Below are positions 19,242 to 29,900 of a stretch of 64,000 nucleotides of DNA, one piece after another (the stretch's first letter is position 1; the number at the start of each line of letters is the position of its first letter). Below the pieces are notes generated by a model. That model was not told the DNA's origin and ran no database searches. It worked only from the letters and a program-made list of their open reading frames with translations. A program made the translations under genes and the position numbers. This stretch comes from Syntrophomonadaceae bacterium (GTDB taxonomy: Bacteria; Bacillota; Syntrophomonadia; Syntrophomonadales; Syntrophomonadaceae), in NCBI GenBank assembly GCA_035647815.1, contig DASRMR010000020.1, positions 12,870 through 76,869 of the forward strand. The letters are read 5' to 3'.

Positions 19242-20333
19242 ATGAATAGACATATTAATATACCGATTTTTATTCCTCATTTAGGATGTCCATTTGATTG
19301 TATTTTTTGCAACCAGAAAAAAATTTCATCTACTATTAATCCACCTGAGCCATCTGATGTGGGGGAAATTATAGAAAGACATTTAAAAACTATTGCAGTA
19401 GATAGTGAAATAGAAGTAGCTTTTTTCGGAGGTAGTTTTACGGCAATTGATGAAGATTTACAAATCGCATATTTGGAGGCAGTAAAACCATATTTAAAAA
19501 GTGGAGATATAAGTTCGATTAGAATATCGACTAGACCAGATTTTATAGATAAATCGATATTAGAGCTTTTAAATCAATATGGAGTTAAGACTATTGAATT
19601 AGGAGTACAATCTTTAAGTGATGAGGTTTTAAAAAAATCATGCCGAGCTTATAAAAAAGATGATGTTTTTAAAGCTGTTCATCTAATAAAAGCGCATAAT
19701 TTTAATCTAGGTATACAACTTATGATAGGACTACCAGGTGATAATTATGAACTTGATATGTTGACAACTAAAGAGACTATAACATTATTACCCGATATGG
19801 TAAGGATTTATCCTACCCTAGTAATAAGAGATACTGACTTAGCTATGACATATGATAAAGGTTTATATGAGCCATTATCACTAGATGAAGCAGTAACTAT
19901 TACAAAACATATGTATCTACAATTTAGAGTATATGATATAAATGTGATTCGCATGGGGTTGTATCCTAGTGAAGATTTGCTAAGTGATGATACCCTGATA
20001 GCAGGTCCTTTTCATTCGGCATTTGGGGAATTAGTTATGCAGGAAATTTTTTATGACCAAGCCGAATGGCTAGTTGAATCGGTAAAAGATAAAGCTCATT
20101 TTACTAATAGATTGTATCTTTATGTTAATCCTCGAGATATATCTAAAATGATAGGCAATAAAAAACAGAATATAAGCAAACTAAAAAAGAGTTTGCAAAT
20201 AGAAGAGATAATCGTGAAAAGTTGGGATTCACTAGAACAAAATAGCATCGGCATAAGCGCCGATGCTATTTATCCTGAATTTATATTGACCAGGGAAGAG
20301 TATCTAGAAATATTGCCAGCTACTTTAGTTTAA
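19242..20333 (+). CDS. Radical SAM protein (ELP3-like family)
   Basis: CPFDCIFCNQ (CxxxCxxC) at the N-terminus and TIELGVQS. This gene is commonly found after rnc in Clostridia. Confidence 0.8.
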   Translation: MNRHINIPIFIPHLGCPFDCIFCNQKKISSTINPPEPSDVGEIIERHLKTIAVDSEIEVAFFGGSFTAIDEDLQIAYLEAVKPYLKSGDISSIRISTRPDFIDKSILELLNQYGVKTIELGVQSLSDEVLKKSCRAYKKDDVFKAVHLIKAHNFNLGIQLMIGLPGDNYELDMLTTKETITLLPDMVRIYPTLVIRDTDLAMTYDKGLYEPLSLDEAVTITKHMYLQFRVYDINVIRMGLYPSEDLLSDDTLIAGPFHSAFGELVMQEIFYDQAEWLVESVKDKAHFTNRLYLYVNPRDISKMIGNKKQNISKLKKSLQIEEIIVKSWDSLEQNSIGISADAIYPEFILTREEYLEILPATLV

Positions 20334-21376
20334 AATATTCTTAACCAGAATAAGGCAGGTTTTACCTTTTCAGGTGGTTCGATATTAACTGGCATATATT
20401 TACCAGACAGAGCCATAATCGCATAGGCGGTATCTATTACAGATGCCTTATTTTCTTCATTCATCCACCTAAAATAACCTGATGGATCTTGCAAACCTAT
20501 AAGATGAGTGCTTACATTTTTCTTTTTTATAGTCCAGTTAACTCCATCATGTTTTTCATCTGCAGCTATTAATGCCTGCCACACCCAGCTGTCAGTACTA
20601 GCATTAGAATTACTTCCAGCCCACCCAGAACTAAATCCACCATCATTTTGTTGAGAAGATTTTATATATTTTAAAGCTCTTTTTATAACAGTAGAGTTTT
20701 TAGGATCTTCACCTAGATTTATTAATACTTGTATAGCTACTGCAGTGTCATCGAGATCACTATCTAAACCTTGGTGCCAAGCAAAACCACCATCTTTATT
20801 TTGTTCTGCAATCAACCATTTTTTTGCTTTTTCGGAATTAGGAACTTCTTCTCTAACTGAGGTTAAGGCTAATATTGACCACATATGAGCATTAATAAAT
20901 CCTGCTTCATCAAACTTAATTTGGCTGAAATGTCCATTAGGTTTTTGCCAAGATTTTATTTTATTAGCTAATTGTTTTTTCTCTTCATCATAAGCATTAA
21001 CAGTGGACAATGCTAAAAGATGTCTAGCATAATCGTTAGTGCTTTCTAATTTATCCTTTTGTTTTACTAGATAATCTATGGGGTTTTGCCCGTTTTTCTT
21101 CCAACTGCTAGCCTGAACATCTTCTTCAGCAGCATTTAAAGCCATGACTACCCAAGCAGTTACAACATGATCACTTTCCTTATCTTCTTGATACCAAGGA
21201 AAACCACCATCATTATTTTGTATAGACTTTAAATAAGATACAGCTAGGTTGATATTTTGCTTATAAGGTTTCTCTGTAGCTAGAGCTTGAACAGGAACAA
21301 TCAAGTTCATTAGAAATACTAGTAAAAAAAACTGGGATAACCAGCGTTTTCTCTTCATTTTTTTCCTCCTAGTCAT
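20330..21376 (-). CDS. Secreted prenyltransferase/squalene-oxidase-repeat (alpha/alpha toroid) protein
   Basis: Signal peptide (LLVFLMNLIVPVQALA) and repeated Q-x2-DGGF motifs (QNNDGGFPW, QNKDGGFAW, QQNDGGFSS, QDPSGYF). Last gene of the riboswitch-controlled operon. Confidence 0.8.
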   Translation of the reverse strand: MTRRKKMKRKRWLSQFFLLVFLMNLIVPVQALATEKPYKQNINLAVSYLKSIQNNDGGFPWYQEDKESDHVVTAWVVMALNAAEEDVQASSWKKNGQNPIDYLVKQKDKLESTNDYARHLLALSTVNAYDEEKKQLANKIKSWQKPNGHFSQIKFDEAGFINAHMWSILALTSVREEVPNSEKAKKWLIAEQNKDGGFAWHQGLDSDLDDTAVAIQVLINLGEDPKNSTVIKRALKYIKSSQQNDGGFSSGWAGSNSNASTDSWVWQALIAADEKHDGVNWTIKKKNVSTHLIGLQDPSGYFRWMNEENKASVIDTAYAIMALSGKYMPVNIEPPEKVKPALFWLRIF

Positions 21377-21383
21377 TTATATA

Positions 21384-22457
21384 TTATTTCAAAGGTAATG
21401 GAGTAAGACCTTCAGCTAGTATAGCAATACTATATAAACCCCGAATATCACCAGGACTATTAATTAAAATATTAATAGCTTTGTTTAAAGCTAATTCATC
21501 AGTACCTATAATTAACCAAACAGGATTAGGATCACCTAAAGATTTGCCGTAAGCAGCGATCACTGCACTATTTGCCATTACTGTTCTGGCTACTTGTCCT
21601 TTATAGTTTAATAAGTCTAAACCTTGATCAGTAAAATGCACGCTAGTTCCGTTTTTTTGATAGCCATTATTTATATTGTTTACAGCACTGTTATTAGCTA
21701 ATTTTGGCCAAGTTCCAATAATGATCGTAGGTCCACTACTATCGATATTGTTACTTATTAAATTATTATCGACTCTAACTCCTCGGTTATTTAATGAAAC
21801 AGTCAGCTTTTGGGCTAAAGCTTGGCTATCTGTATCATATAAAATCTTTGTCGGGTTGATATTTCCTCTATAGCCATGCAGGAAAGGTTCAGGATAAGCT
21901 CCAATAATCGCATTATTAGTTGGGCCTGCACTCCACAAATGGTAATCCCAAAATATCTTATCACCAGCATTAAGCTTGTAATCTCGAAGTCCAGTATGGC
22001 TAGCTATTCCGTTGATATAAAAAAACCAATCAGATCGTTTCATACCTTGACGCATCTTAATTCCATTTATACTGCTAATGAAACTGTTACCATAACTAGT
22101 TTCTAAATCTAAATTATTTTGCATCAACTGTAAAAGAGTGTCATCAGAATTAAAATTGATGGCTTGATTAAAAACAGTTAGTTGTCCAAAATTCTGGCTT
22201 ATAGTTAAGTTTATCTGTTGATTGCTTTTCGGGGTTTTAGCAACAGGTTTTTCTAGTTCATTTTCATCTTCTATTGGAGTTTCGTCCTTAGTATCACTAT
22301 CAGTAGCTTCATCTTCAGATACTTCGGTAGATTCTTCTTGAGTTACTACTATTTGTTCTCCCTTATCTTCTACTAAAGAGGGAGGTGTTGATCCTGAGGC
22401 ACATCCCCCCAAGACCAACATACTGATAATTAAGACTATATTTATTAAACGCTTCAA
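21384..22457 (-). CDS. Lipoprotein with DUF4430 (transcobalamin-like C-terminal) domain
   Basis: Lipobox LVLGGC, an acidic linker, and a DUF4430-type core SSINGIKMRQG...DWFFYINGI...LNAGDKIFWDY. Confidence 0.7.
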   Translation of the reverse strand: MKRLINIVLIISMLVLGGCASGSTPPSLVEDKGEQIVVTQEESTEVSEDEATDSDTKDETPIEDENELEKPVAKTPKSNQQINLTISQNFGQLTVFNQAINFNSDDTLLQLMQNNLDLETSYGNSFISSINGIKMRQGMKRSDWFFYINGIASHTGLRDYKLNAGDKIFWDYHLWSAGPTNNAIIGAYPEPFLHGYRGNINPTKILYDTDSQALAQKLTVSLNNRGVRVDNNLISNNIDSSGPTIIIGTWPKLANNSAVNNINNGYQKNGTSVHFTDQGLDLLNYKGQVARTVMANSAVIAAYGKSLGDPNPVWLIIGTDELALNKAINILINSPGDIRGLYSIAILAEGLTPLPLK

Positions 22458-22488
22458 TCAATTGCCTCCCATTATTTTAGTATTAACT

Positions 22489-24261
22489 TTAAGCAGCAGC
22501 TTGGCTTTTGATCCAATTGAAAATTATTACTGCTGCCTCCGCACGAGTAATCGAATTAAGACCTTGGAAACTGCCATCCTCATAACCACTAATGATTTTT
22601 TCACTATAGGCCCAATTTACTGCAGATGTAGCCCACTCTGGTATATCTTTATAATCACTAATATCTACTACATTTGTAGTTATAGTAGGTTCTAGACTTA
22701 ACTTATATAAGATCATAGTTGCTTCATTACGGCTAAGTGGCTGTTCTGGTCTGAATGTACCATCTTCATAACCACTAATTAGTTCTGCTTGATAAAGGTT
22801 AGAAACTGCCGAATTAAACCAATCAGATGGGGATACATCACTAAACTTATCAAATTCTGCTGGGATACTGCCTGGCACTACTATCATCTGGTTTACTAAC
22901 TGGCTAAATTCAGCCCTTGTTACCGACCTAGCAGGTTCAAAGCCCTTATCACTACCACTTATCACACCTTGCCCTGCTAAAACCTCTACAGCCTCAGTAG
23001 CCCACTTATAAGAACTATCTATATCTGCAAAACTTTTCTTAGCAGGCTTTTCTATTACTGCAAACTTAGAAAAATGATCGGTTTCGAATAATACCCATCC
23101 AGTCTCTAAATCGATAATCCCAGGTATCTCTTCCCACTCATTGTTTTCTTCATCATAAAAAGCAGTAACAAGTTCTTCAGGATTGAAGTTTATACCTAGA
23201 TATAAAGGCATACTTATTTTTACCGGTTTATTAAAACTTAACCCCTTAGGACCCATTTCATAAACAGGGGATACCATTTTAAGTGGATATGAATTAGGTA
23301 AATCAACAGTTTGTCTTTCCGTAACGGTTAAGTTTGCTTCTTTATCTAAAGCTTCTTTAGGTATTAAGACTTTTACTTTTTCACCTTTATCAGTAATAAT
23401 ATTATCTTTAGTAATATCTATAAGTTGTTCTAACTTAAGTAAACTTTCCTTTAAACGCTCATCACGCTCTATGGCCTTATCTTTATCCATCTTTTTATCT
23501 AGGTTAAGGATAAGAACTTTTTCGTCTAAGTCCTTTAAGTTTTTGAAATCGTCTGTGTAATTATCAAAGATGTCTATAACTTCTTGAGCTTTTTCTTCTT
23601 TTTGATCCTTGATACTAATATCTACTCCGCCTTCTGATTTTCCACCATCTAATGTATAAATCCATTCTACAATATCCCCATCAGCCAAGCGATAACTAGC
23701 ACTAGATACGCCTAAAACAGAACCATTTACTTTATAAATCCATCCACTTAAAGGGTAGCCGGGTTTTTTCTCCTTAATACCGCCAATGCTTTCGATATAG
23801 CCAGCCCTATTAATGATTTCAATCTTATTTTCTCCGGTTAATCTTAAGGTAAGGTCTAAAACTGATTCACCTGCTATTATTTTATGTTTAGCTTTGTTTA
23901 ATATCGCGCCATCATCACCCTGAATAGAAAAGTACACATATCTTTCTTCTACACCGGTATCCCCACCTGGACTGCCAGGTTCACTAGGGTTTATCTCACT
24001 CAAGTTTATATCTATAGGTGCTTTATTACTTATACCTAGTCGTAAAAACTTAGCCTCGAGTGGAATGTTTTTAATAATATATTGGCCTTTAGAACTTGAT
24101 TTGATCTGCCCAATAGCTATTTTGTCATTTTCTGCACCTGTAAAAACATAGCCGATATTAGTATTCTTATCAGTTGTCCCAGTGAAATCAGCTGCTGATA
24201 CTAAGCCTGGGGCAATGCTAAGAATAAATAGCATTAGCAGGAATATTAATCTTTTTCTCAT
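22489..24261 (-). CDS. S-layer-homology (SLH) anchored protein with DUF4430-like domain
   Basis: Signal peptide and DUF4430-like core GWIYKVNGSVLGVSSASYRLADGDIVEWIY. Three C-terminal SLH repeats are present (FADID...WATEAV..., FSDVSPSDWF..., YKDIPEWATSAV...). Confidence 0.85.
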   Translation of the reverse strand: MRKRLIFLLMLFILSIAPGLVSAADFTGTTDKNTNIGYVFTGAENDKIAIGQIKSSSKGQYIIKNIPLEAKFLRLGISNKAPIDINLSEINPSEPGSPGGDTGVEERYVYFSIQGDDGAILNKAKHKIIAGESVLDLTLRLTGENKIEIINRAGYIESIGGIKEKKPGYPLSGWIYKVNGSVLGVSSASYRLADGDIVEWIYTLDGGKSEGGVDISIKDQKEEKAQEVIDIFDNYTDDFKNLKDLDEKVLILNLDKKMDKDKAIERDERLKESLLKLEQLIDITKDNIITDKGEKVKVLIPKEALDKEANLTVTERQTVDLPNSYPLKMVSPVYEMGPKGLSFNKPVKISMPLYLGINFNPEELVTAFYDEENNEWEEIPGIIDLETGWVLFETDHFSKFAVIEKPAKKSFADIDSSYKWATEAVEVLAGQGVISGSDKGFEPARSVTRAEFSQLVNQMIVVPGSIPAEFDKFSDVSPSDWFNSAVSNLYQAELISGYEDGTFRPEQPLSRNEATMILYKLSLEPTITTNVVDISDYKDIPEWATSAVNWAYSEKIISGYEDGSFQGLNSITRAEAAVIIFNWIKSQAAA

Positions 24262-24293
24262 TTACTTATCTACCCCTGTCAAATTTATATTTA

Positions 24294-25445
24294 CTAGAAC
24301 ATTATATTTAATTTATCACAGACTGGATTCATGCCATCTAGTGAGTCCCATAACATTATGTTTAGTTCGTCTACACCTGTTTTATTTAATCCGAATCTAA
24401 AGACAGAATCCTCATCAATATTTATATTTTGATAAAAATATCCGTGATTACTACCTTCCCAGCTGATTGCTAATAATTTAGTTTCACCAGCTATTAATTC
24501 TGCGGGAACTCCTATGTCGATATTTACTTCATCAACATTTATTTTTTTTGCACTTATTTTAAAACCTTCTTTTGTTGCTGTTATAGGATTTAGTTTATTA
24601 TGATATTTTCCACCATCATATTTCAAATCGGCTAGAGCCAAAAGAACAAAATAAGAAGTCATTTGATTAGATATACCATCATCCCAAACAGGATAAAATG
24701 AACCATCAGTTAATTGATATTGTTTCAAGGTTTCTACTGTTCCATCTATTAAATTAATATTATTAGCAATATAACCTTCAATAACTGCTGCAGTAGATTC
24801 TACAGAAGGTCCCCAGTTATCATATAATCCAGATGGATCATCCCTTTTGTTTTCGATATATGTTACTGCTTTTTCAATAGCATCTGTCATATCATCATCG
24901 CTAAACGATAAGGCAATCATTGCATGTGCAGTTGAATCGACATCTGCTCCCCATCCACTAATATCAAATCCGCCATCTGCATCTTGACTCCCCACTATAT
25001 AATCTATAGCGTCATCTTTTATATATATGGGGTCTTCTCCATTATTTCTAGCAAATTCCAAAGCTATTACAGACCAAATGGTGTTATTAAGTGAAGCATC
25101 GGCTTCATGTCTAAAAGCCCCATCCGTTTCCTGCATATTTACTAATGTAGTAATATTGTCATCTACACAAATACCTGCAGATATATCACCAATTATTCTT
25201 CTACTATAATCAGTTGGACTAGTTAAATTTCCACTTGGCACATACTTAAATGACAAATCTTGCCCTAGTGCTCTCGTACCGAAAACCTCCCATTCGTCTA
25301 GCTCTTTCTTATGGGCATAAAAGTTTTGCAGATCTGTTGTCATTGACTCTATTGTCTCTACTGAAGCATAAGCAGGAGTTCCTAGACTCATAATAGCGAA
25401 ACATATTAATATAAAAACCGATAATATTCTTTGGTTAAATTTCAT
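24294..25445 (-). CDS. Secreted prenyltransferase-like alpha/alpha toroid repeat protein with extra C-terminal beta domain
   Basis: Signal peptide (GTPAYA) and repeats QETDGAF, QDADGGFDISGWGADVDSTAHAMIAL and QLTDGSF. First gene after the cobalamin riboswitch. Confidence 0.75.
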   Translation of the reverse strand: MKFNQRILSVFILICFAIMSLGTPAYASVETIESMTTDLQNFYAHKKELDEWEVFGTRALGQDLSFKYVPSGNLTSPTDYSRRIIGDISAGICVDDNITTLVNMQETDGAFRHEADASLNNTIWSVIALEFARNNGEDPIYIKDDAIDYIVGSQDADGGFDISGWGADVDSTAHAMIALSFSDDDMTDAIEKAVTYIENKRDDPSGLYDNWGPSVESTAAVIEGYIANNINLIDGTVETLKQYQLTDGSFYPVWDDGISNQMTSYFVLLALADLKYDGGKYHNKLNPITATKEGFKISAKKINVDEVNIDIGVPAELIAGETKLLAISWEGSNHGYFYQNINIDEDSVFRFGLNKTGVDELNIMLWDSLDGMNPVCDKLNIMF

Positions 25446-25502
25446 TTATATACTTTCCTCCATCTAATTTTTCTTGTTATTTATTCCCACATCAAATTAC
25501 AC

Positions 25503-25542
25503 CTAAAAATAAAAACATGCCTAAACTAAGAAGTCTAGGCAT
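25503..25542 (-). terminator. Intrinsic terminator (expression platform of the cobalamin riboswitch)
   Basis: Minus-strand ATGCCTAGAC-TTCTTA-GTTTAGGCAT followed by GTTTTTATTTTT. It lies between the aptamer and the start of the 25445 gene. Confidence 0.8.
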
Positions 25543-25615
25543 AGGTCAGGCGCTCTACTCAACACCATTTATATTCCTCCTCCCTTCTTAATCCCCAGAA
25601 GTTAGTTTTATAAGT

Positions 25616-25788
25616 ATCTTACAGGCAGGTCTCCTGGCTTAAGTTCATCCTAGTCTCTGTACCTTCCCGGGCAAGCCCAGTGGTATAAAACAGATTTCGT
25701 CCCTATTACAGTAGGGGGTACTGCAGCGGATTTTACCGCTTTCCCTATTAAAGCAGGGCCTAATAATACGCCTTGCTACCAGTAAGAT
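25616..25788 (-). promoter_or_regulatory. Cobalamin (B12) riboswitch aptamer
   Basis: The minus strand reads ATCTTAC...TTAATAGGGAAAGCGGTAAAATCCGCTGCAGTACCCCCTACTGTAA...CCACTGGGCTTGCCCGGGAAGG...AGCCAGGAGACCTGCCTGTAAGAT. This gives the conserved core, the B12 box (AGCCAGGAGACCTGCC) and a closing P1 (ATCTTAC/GTAAGAT). Confidence 0.9.
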
Positions 25789-25979
25789 ATTTAATTATCC
25801 TAATAATACTAGGACAACTATTAAATGTCTATGTTTATAGGTGATTTGAGGATATTGCGGATAAAATTAAGATTAAACAGATTGGTGTAATTAAATAGCT
25901 TTTAATAGCTGACCGTGTTCCTTTATAAATGAAGGTATGGAAGAGGCTTTTGTATAATTAGTAAGAGTAGGTAAAAGGG

Positions 25980-26954
25980 GTGAACTTGGTGAGAAGAGAG
26001 ATATTAACTGAACTTTATAATCTAAAAGGTGAATTTATATCAGGTAATAGTTTAGCTGATTCATTAGGTGTTAGTAGAGTGGCAGTATGGAAACATATTG
26101 AAGCTTTAAAAAAAGAAGGATATGATATTACTGGAATATCTGGTAAGGGTTATAGTTTAAATGATTGGTTTAGTGTAATTAACCCGGATGAATTAGAATT
26201 ACAAAAGCAGACATCTAATTTGATTAAACAAGTTATGTTTTACCCAGAGGTCACTTCTACTAATGAAATAGGCAAGGAATTACTAGCTGATGGTAAGGCT
26301 AAAGAAGGGTTATTAATTATAGCAGCTAGGCAATTACAGGGTAGGGGTCGCTTAGGTCGTATTTGGGATTCTCCCCTAGGTGGTCTATGGTTTTCTTTAG
26401 TTATTAAACCGAATTTGCCCTTACATAAACTTCCTTTGCTATCTTTAGTTTTTGCCCTAGCTATAGCTAGGGCTTTAGATACATTTATAGATATTCCTAG
26501 TGAGATTAAATGGCCTAATGATGTATTTGTTGAAGGTAAAAAGATATCCGGAATCTTGTTAGAAGTTAGTGGACAGCTAGACAATATTGATTCAGTTGTA
26601 GTAGGTATGGGGATTAATATTAATATGTCAGCAGAAGATTTATCTATAGAAAACAGGGAAAGTGCTACATCTTTATGGCAGGTAATAGGTGAACAAATAC
26701 CTAGTAGTACAATTTTGCCTGTTGTTCTATCCTACATAGAAGAATATTATTATTTGTTTATTAATGAAGGTTTTGAACAAATTAGAGTTGAGTTTAAACA
26801 GAAATGTTTACATTTACATAAAGAAGTTAAGGTGCAAAGGGGAAGCCAAGTTGTTACTGGCATTAATACTGATATAGATAGCCAAGGCACCATGGTTTTA
26901 AAAACTGAAACTGGTATTGTTTCTATTACTACTGGTGATGTAGAAGTTATTTAA
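25980..26954 (+). CDS. birA: Bifunctional biotin--[acetyl-CoA-carboxylase] ligase / biotin operon repressor
   Basis: N-terminal wHTH (GNSLADSLGVSRVAVWKHIEALKKEGY) and the biotin-binding loop QGRGRLGRIWDSPLGGLWFS. Confidence 0.92.
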   Translation: MNLVRREILTELYNLKGEFISGNSLADSLGVSRVAVWKHIEALKKEGYDITGISGKGYSLNDWFSVINPDELELQKQTSNLIKQVMFYPEVTSTNEIGKELLADGKAKEGLLIIAARQLQGRGRLGRIWDSPLGGLWFSLVIKPNLPLHKLPLLSLVFALAIARALDTFIDIPSEIKWPNDVFVEGKKISGILLEVSGQLDNIDSVVVGMGININMSAEDLSIENRESATSLWQVIGEQIPSSTILPVVLSYIEEYYYLFINEGFEQIRVEFKQKCLHLHKEVKVQRGSQVVTGINTDIDSQGTMVLKTETGIVSITTGDVEVI

Positions 26955-26970
26955 TCTAGGGGGCTTAAGT

Positions 26971-29900
26971 GTGTATCTGAAAAAATTAGAATTAAAAGGT
27001 TTTAAGTCTTTTGCAGATAATACCGAGATATACCTCAACCAAGGTATAAATGTTATCGTAGGACCTAATGGATGTGGAAAAAGCAACTTAGTTGATGCTA
27101 TTAGGTGGGTTTTAGGAGAAGGCAATGTACGGCAATTACGAGGACAAAAAGGCGAAGATGTAATTTTTAATGGTACAGATAAAACTAGAGCCTTAAGTAT
27201 GGCTAGTGTTGAAATGACTATAGATAATACAGATAATGTCTTACCTGTAGACTACAGTGAGGTAAGTATAGCACGCAAGATTTTCCGGTCAGGAGGAAGC
27301 GAATTTATCTTAAATAAGTCCCAGGTAAGGATGAAGGACATTGGCAACTTATTTATGGGAACCGGTCTAGGCAAACAAGGTTATTCTATAATAAGTCAAG
27401 GTGAACTCGAACAAGTGCTTAATGGACAGCCTATCGATCGTCGTCTAATTTTAGAAGAAGCTTCTGGAGTTATTATACATAGGAAACAACGAGATGAAGT
27501 TAAAAAGAGGCTTTTAGAAACGGGTGATGATCTCTTACGATTAGCTGACATATTAACAGAGCTTAATCGACAACAAGATGATTTACATATTAAAGCCGTA
27601 AAGGCAGAGAAATATATGACATTATCTGAGGAGTCTTATGCAATTGAAAAGAAATTACTACATTTTGAAATGAGTAAATTATTAAAAGAATATACTGGCA
27701 AAACAAGAGAATTAGATATACGAAAAGATGAACTAATTACTATTAAGCGAGCTGAAGAAGAAAATCAATTTTTAGTTCAAGAAAGTGAAGGTTTTTTAGA
27801 GTTAACTAGAAGAGCAATAAGTGAACTAAAAGAAAAGATATACACCTTAAATATGAATAAAAATAACTTAGAAGGCGATATTAGGATTAGTGAAGAACGG
27901 ATTATTAATAATGAAGATAGAATGGCAGATTCCCAACATGATGCTGAGAAATATAGGGACATGTTAGCTAATATATCTAAAGAGGTGGAAGCTAGGCAAA
28001 ATGATTATGATACGGAAAGTTTGGCTTATCAGTCTAAAAAGGACGAAACTACTAATTATGCTAATGATTTGAATAGCTTAAAAGATATAATCGAGGACCT
28101 TAATAAAAAGTTTGAAGCTGAAAAGGAAAATATTTTCACCCATGTGGAAAATGAAGCCCAAATTAAAAACATTATTTTTGAAAAGGAAGAAGTTTTAAAA
28201 AGATTTAGGGAAAAAAGGGAACAATTAAACTTAAAAAAGGAAAATTTAGCTCAGAGCATTAATAATAATCGGATAAGTTCAACAGAACATAGTAATGAAA
28301 TTATAATTTTAGAAAAACAAATAAAAGAAGTGCGAAAAGAATTGGATGAATTATCTATAGAGCAGAACAATTATACTACAAGATTAAAAGAGATAGAAAA
28401 AACACGCAACCAATTAGAGAATGAAATTCGCATAGTTAATAACCGATTAGCAAATATAAGAGATAATGAAGAAAAACTAGTAGGTTATTCGTCTGCGGTG
28501 AAAAAAGTTTTTAGTTCGCTAGACAAATTACCTGGTGTAATGGGAATCGTCGGGGAGGTAATACGGGTACCGGACGGGTTAGAGTTAGCTATTGAAACTG
28601 CAGCAGGTAGAGGATTAGAAAACATTATTGTAGATAAACATACTAGTGCCCAAAATGTAATCGAATATTTGAAAAGTGTTCAAGGGGGCAGAGCTACTCT
28701 TTTACCTATAGATATGCTTAAAGTGCAAAAATTCCCCGAATCGATTTTAGATAAAATTAAAAACGAAGCTGGGGTTTTGGGTATTGCTTCTCGATTAGTT
28801 AATTTTGAGCCTAAATACGAGCGAGCTATTGAACATCTTTTAGGACGAGTTTTAATAGTAAAGGACATGGATACTGGTATAAGGTTATTTAGAAAAAACC
28901 GTTTGCCATTTAGAATAGTAACCTTAGAAGGTGACATTATTAATACTAGTGGGGCTATGACTGGTGGTAGTCGAAAGACACATAATACTTATAGTCCACT
29001 CCAGCGTAAAAGTGAAGAAAAAAAGTTGACTAAGTTGATGAATCAAGCTAATAAAGAACTTCAGGAATGTCAAAATAAGGTGGAAAAGCTTAGGACACAA
29101 TTAGCTAACCTAGGAAATGAACTTAGTAAGCTCAAAGATAGTATAAATGAAAAGGAATTCAGATTAGAGCTTTTAAATGGACAAAGGCGATGGCTTCAAA
29201 CCGAGTTAAATAACGCTGTTACAGAACAAGAAGTTGTTTTACTAAATATAGAAAACTTAAGTCGGGATATAATAGAATTAGATCGTGAAATAATCAGTTT
29301 ACAGGCTAATTTCGCTAAGATGCAGGAAAACAGTGAAATAATTTCTAATGAATTAGAAGTATTAAGAAATGAAATAGAAATAAAACGCCGGGATTATGAA
29401 GTAGGACAGGAAAGGTTATCATCTTATAATGATTATCTTACAGCTAAAGAAAAAGAGCTAGCAAGTATAAAAGATAGTGTAGATCAGTTTAAACAAGTTA
29501 AAAATTCTTATTATAAGTCGATGCAAGACGCGATAGAAGTAAAGACTAGATTAACTGAGGAGTTGAAAACAGAACAAGAAAGAATTGTTAGTTATAAAGG
29601 TGTTATTAATGAACAAAATCTAAAACTAGAAAATATAAGCTTAGATATTAATAATAAAGAGATGGTGGAAAAACAACAAACTAATCGTATTAAGGAATTA
29701 AAGCTGGTTTTAACACCATTACGAGATAAGATTAACCATCTAGAAAAATTTATTCATAGTAATGAAGTTAGTATAGCTCGTTTAGAAACCGAAATAGCTA
29801 CTCAAAAGCAGAAATGGCAGGATGTTTTCCAATGTGAATTGCCAGTAGATAATGAAATAGATTATACAACTAGTCAACTTAAAGCTCTTCGGATAAATCT

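Noticed and set aside
22462-24400. Plus-strand ORFs 22462..22695 and 24182..24400, antisense to or abutting the SLH protein gene.
   Set aside because: They overlap the well-supported minus-strand operon and lack RBSs, so they are shadow ORFs.
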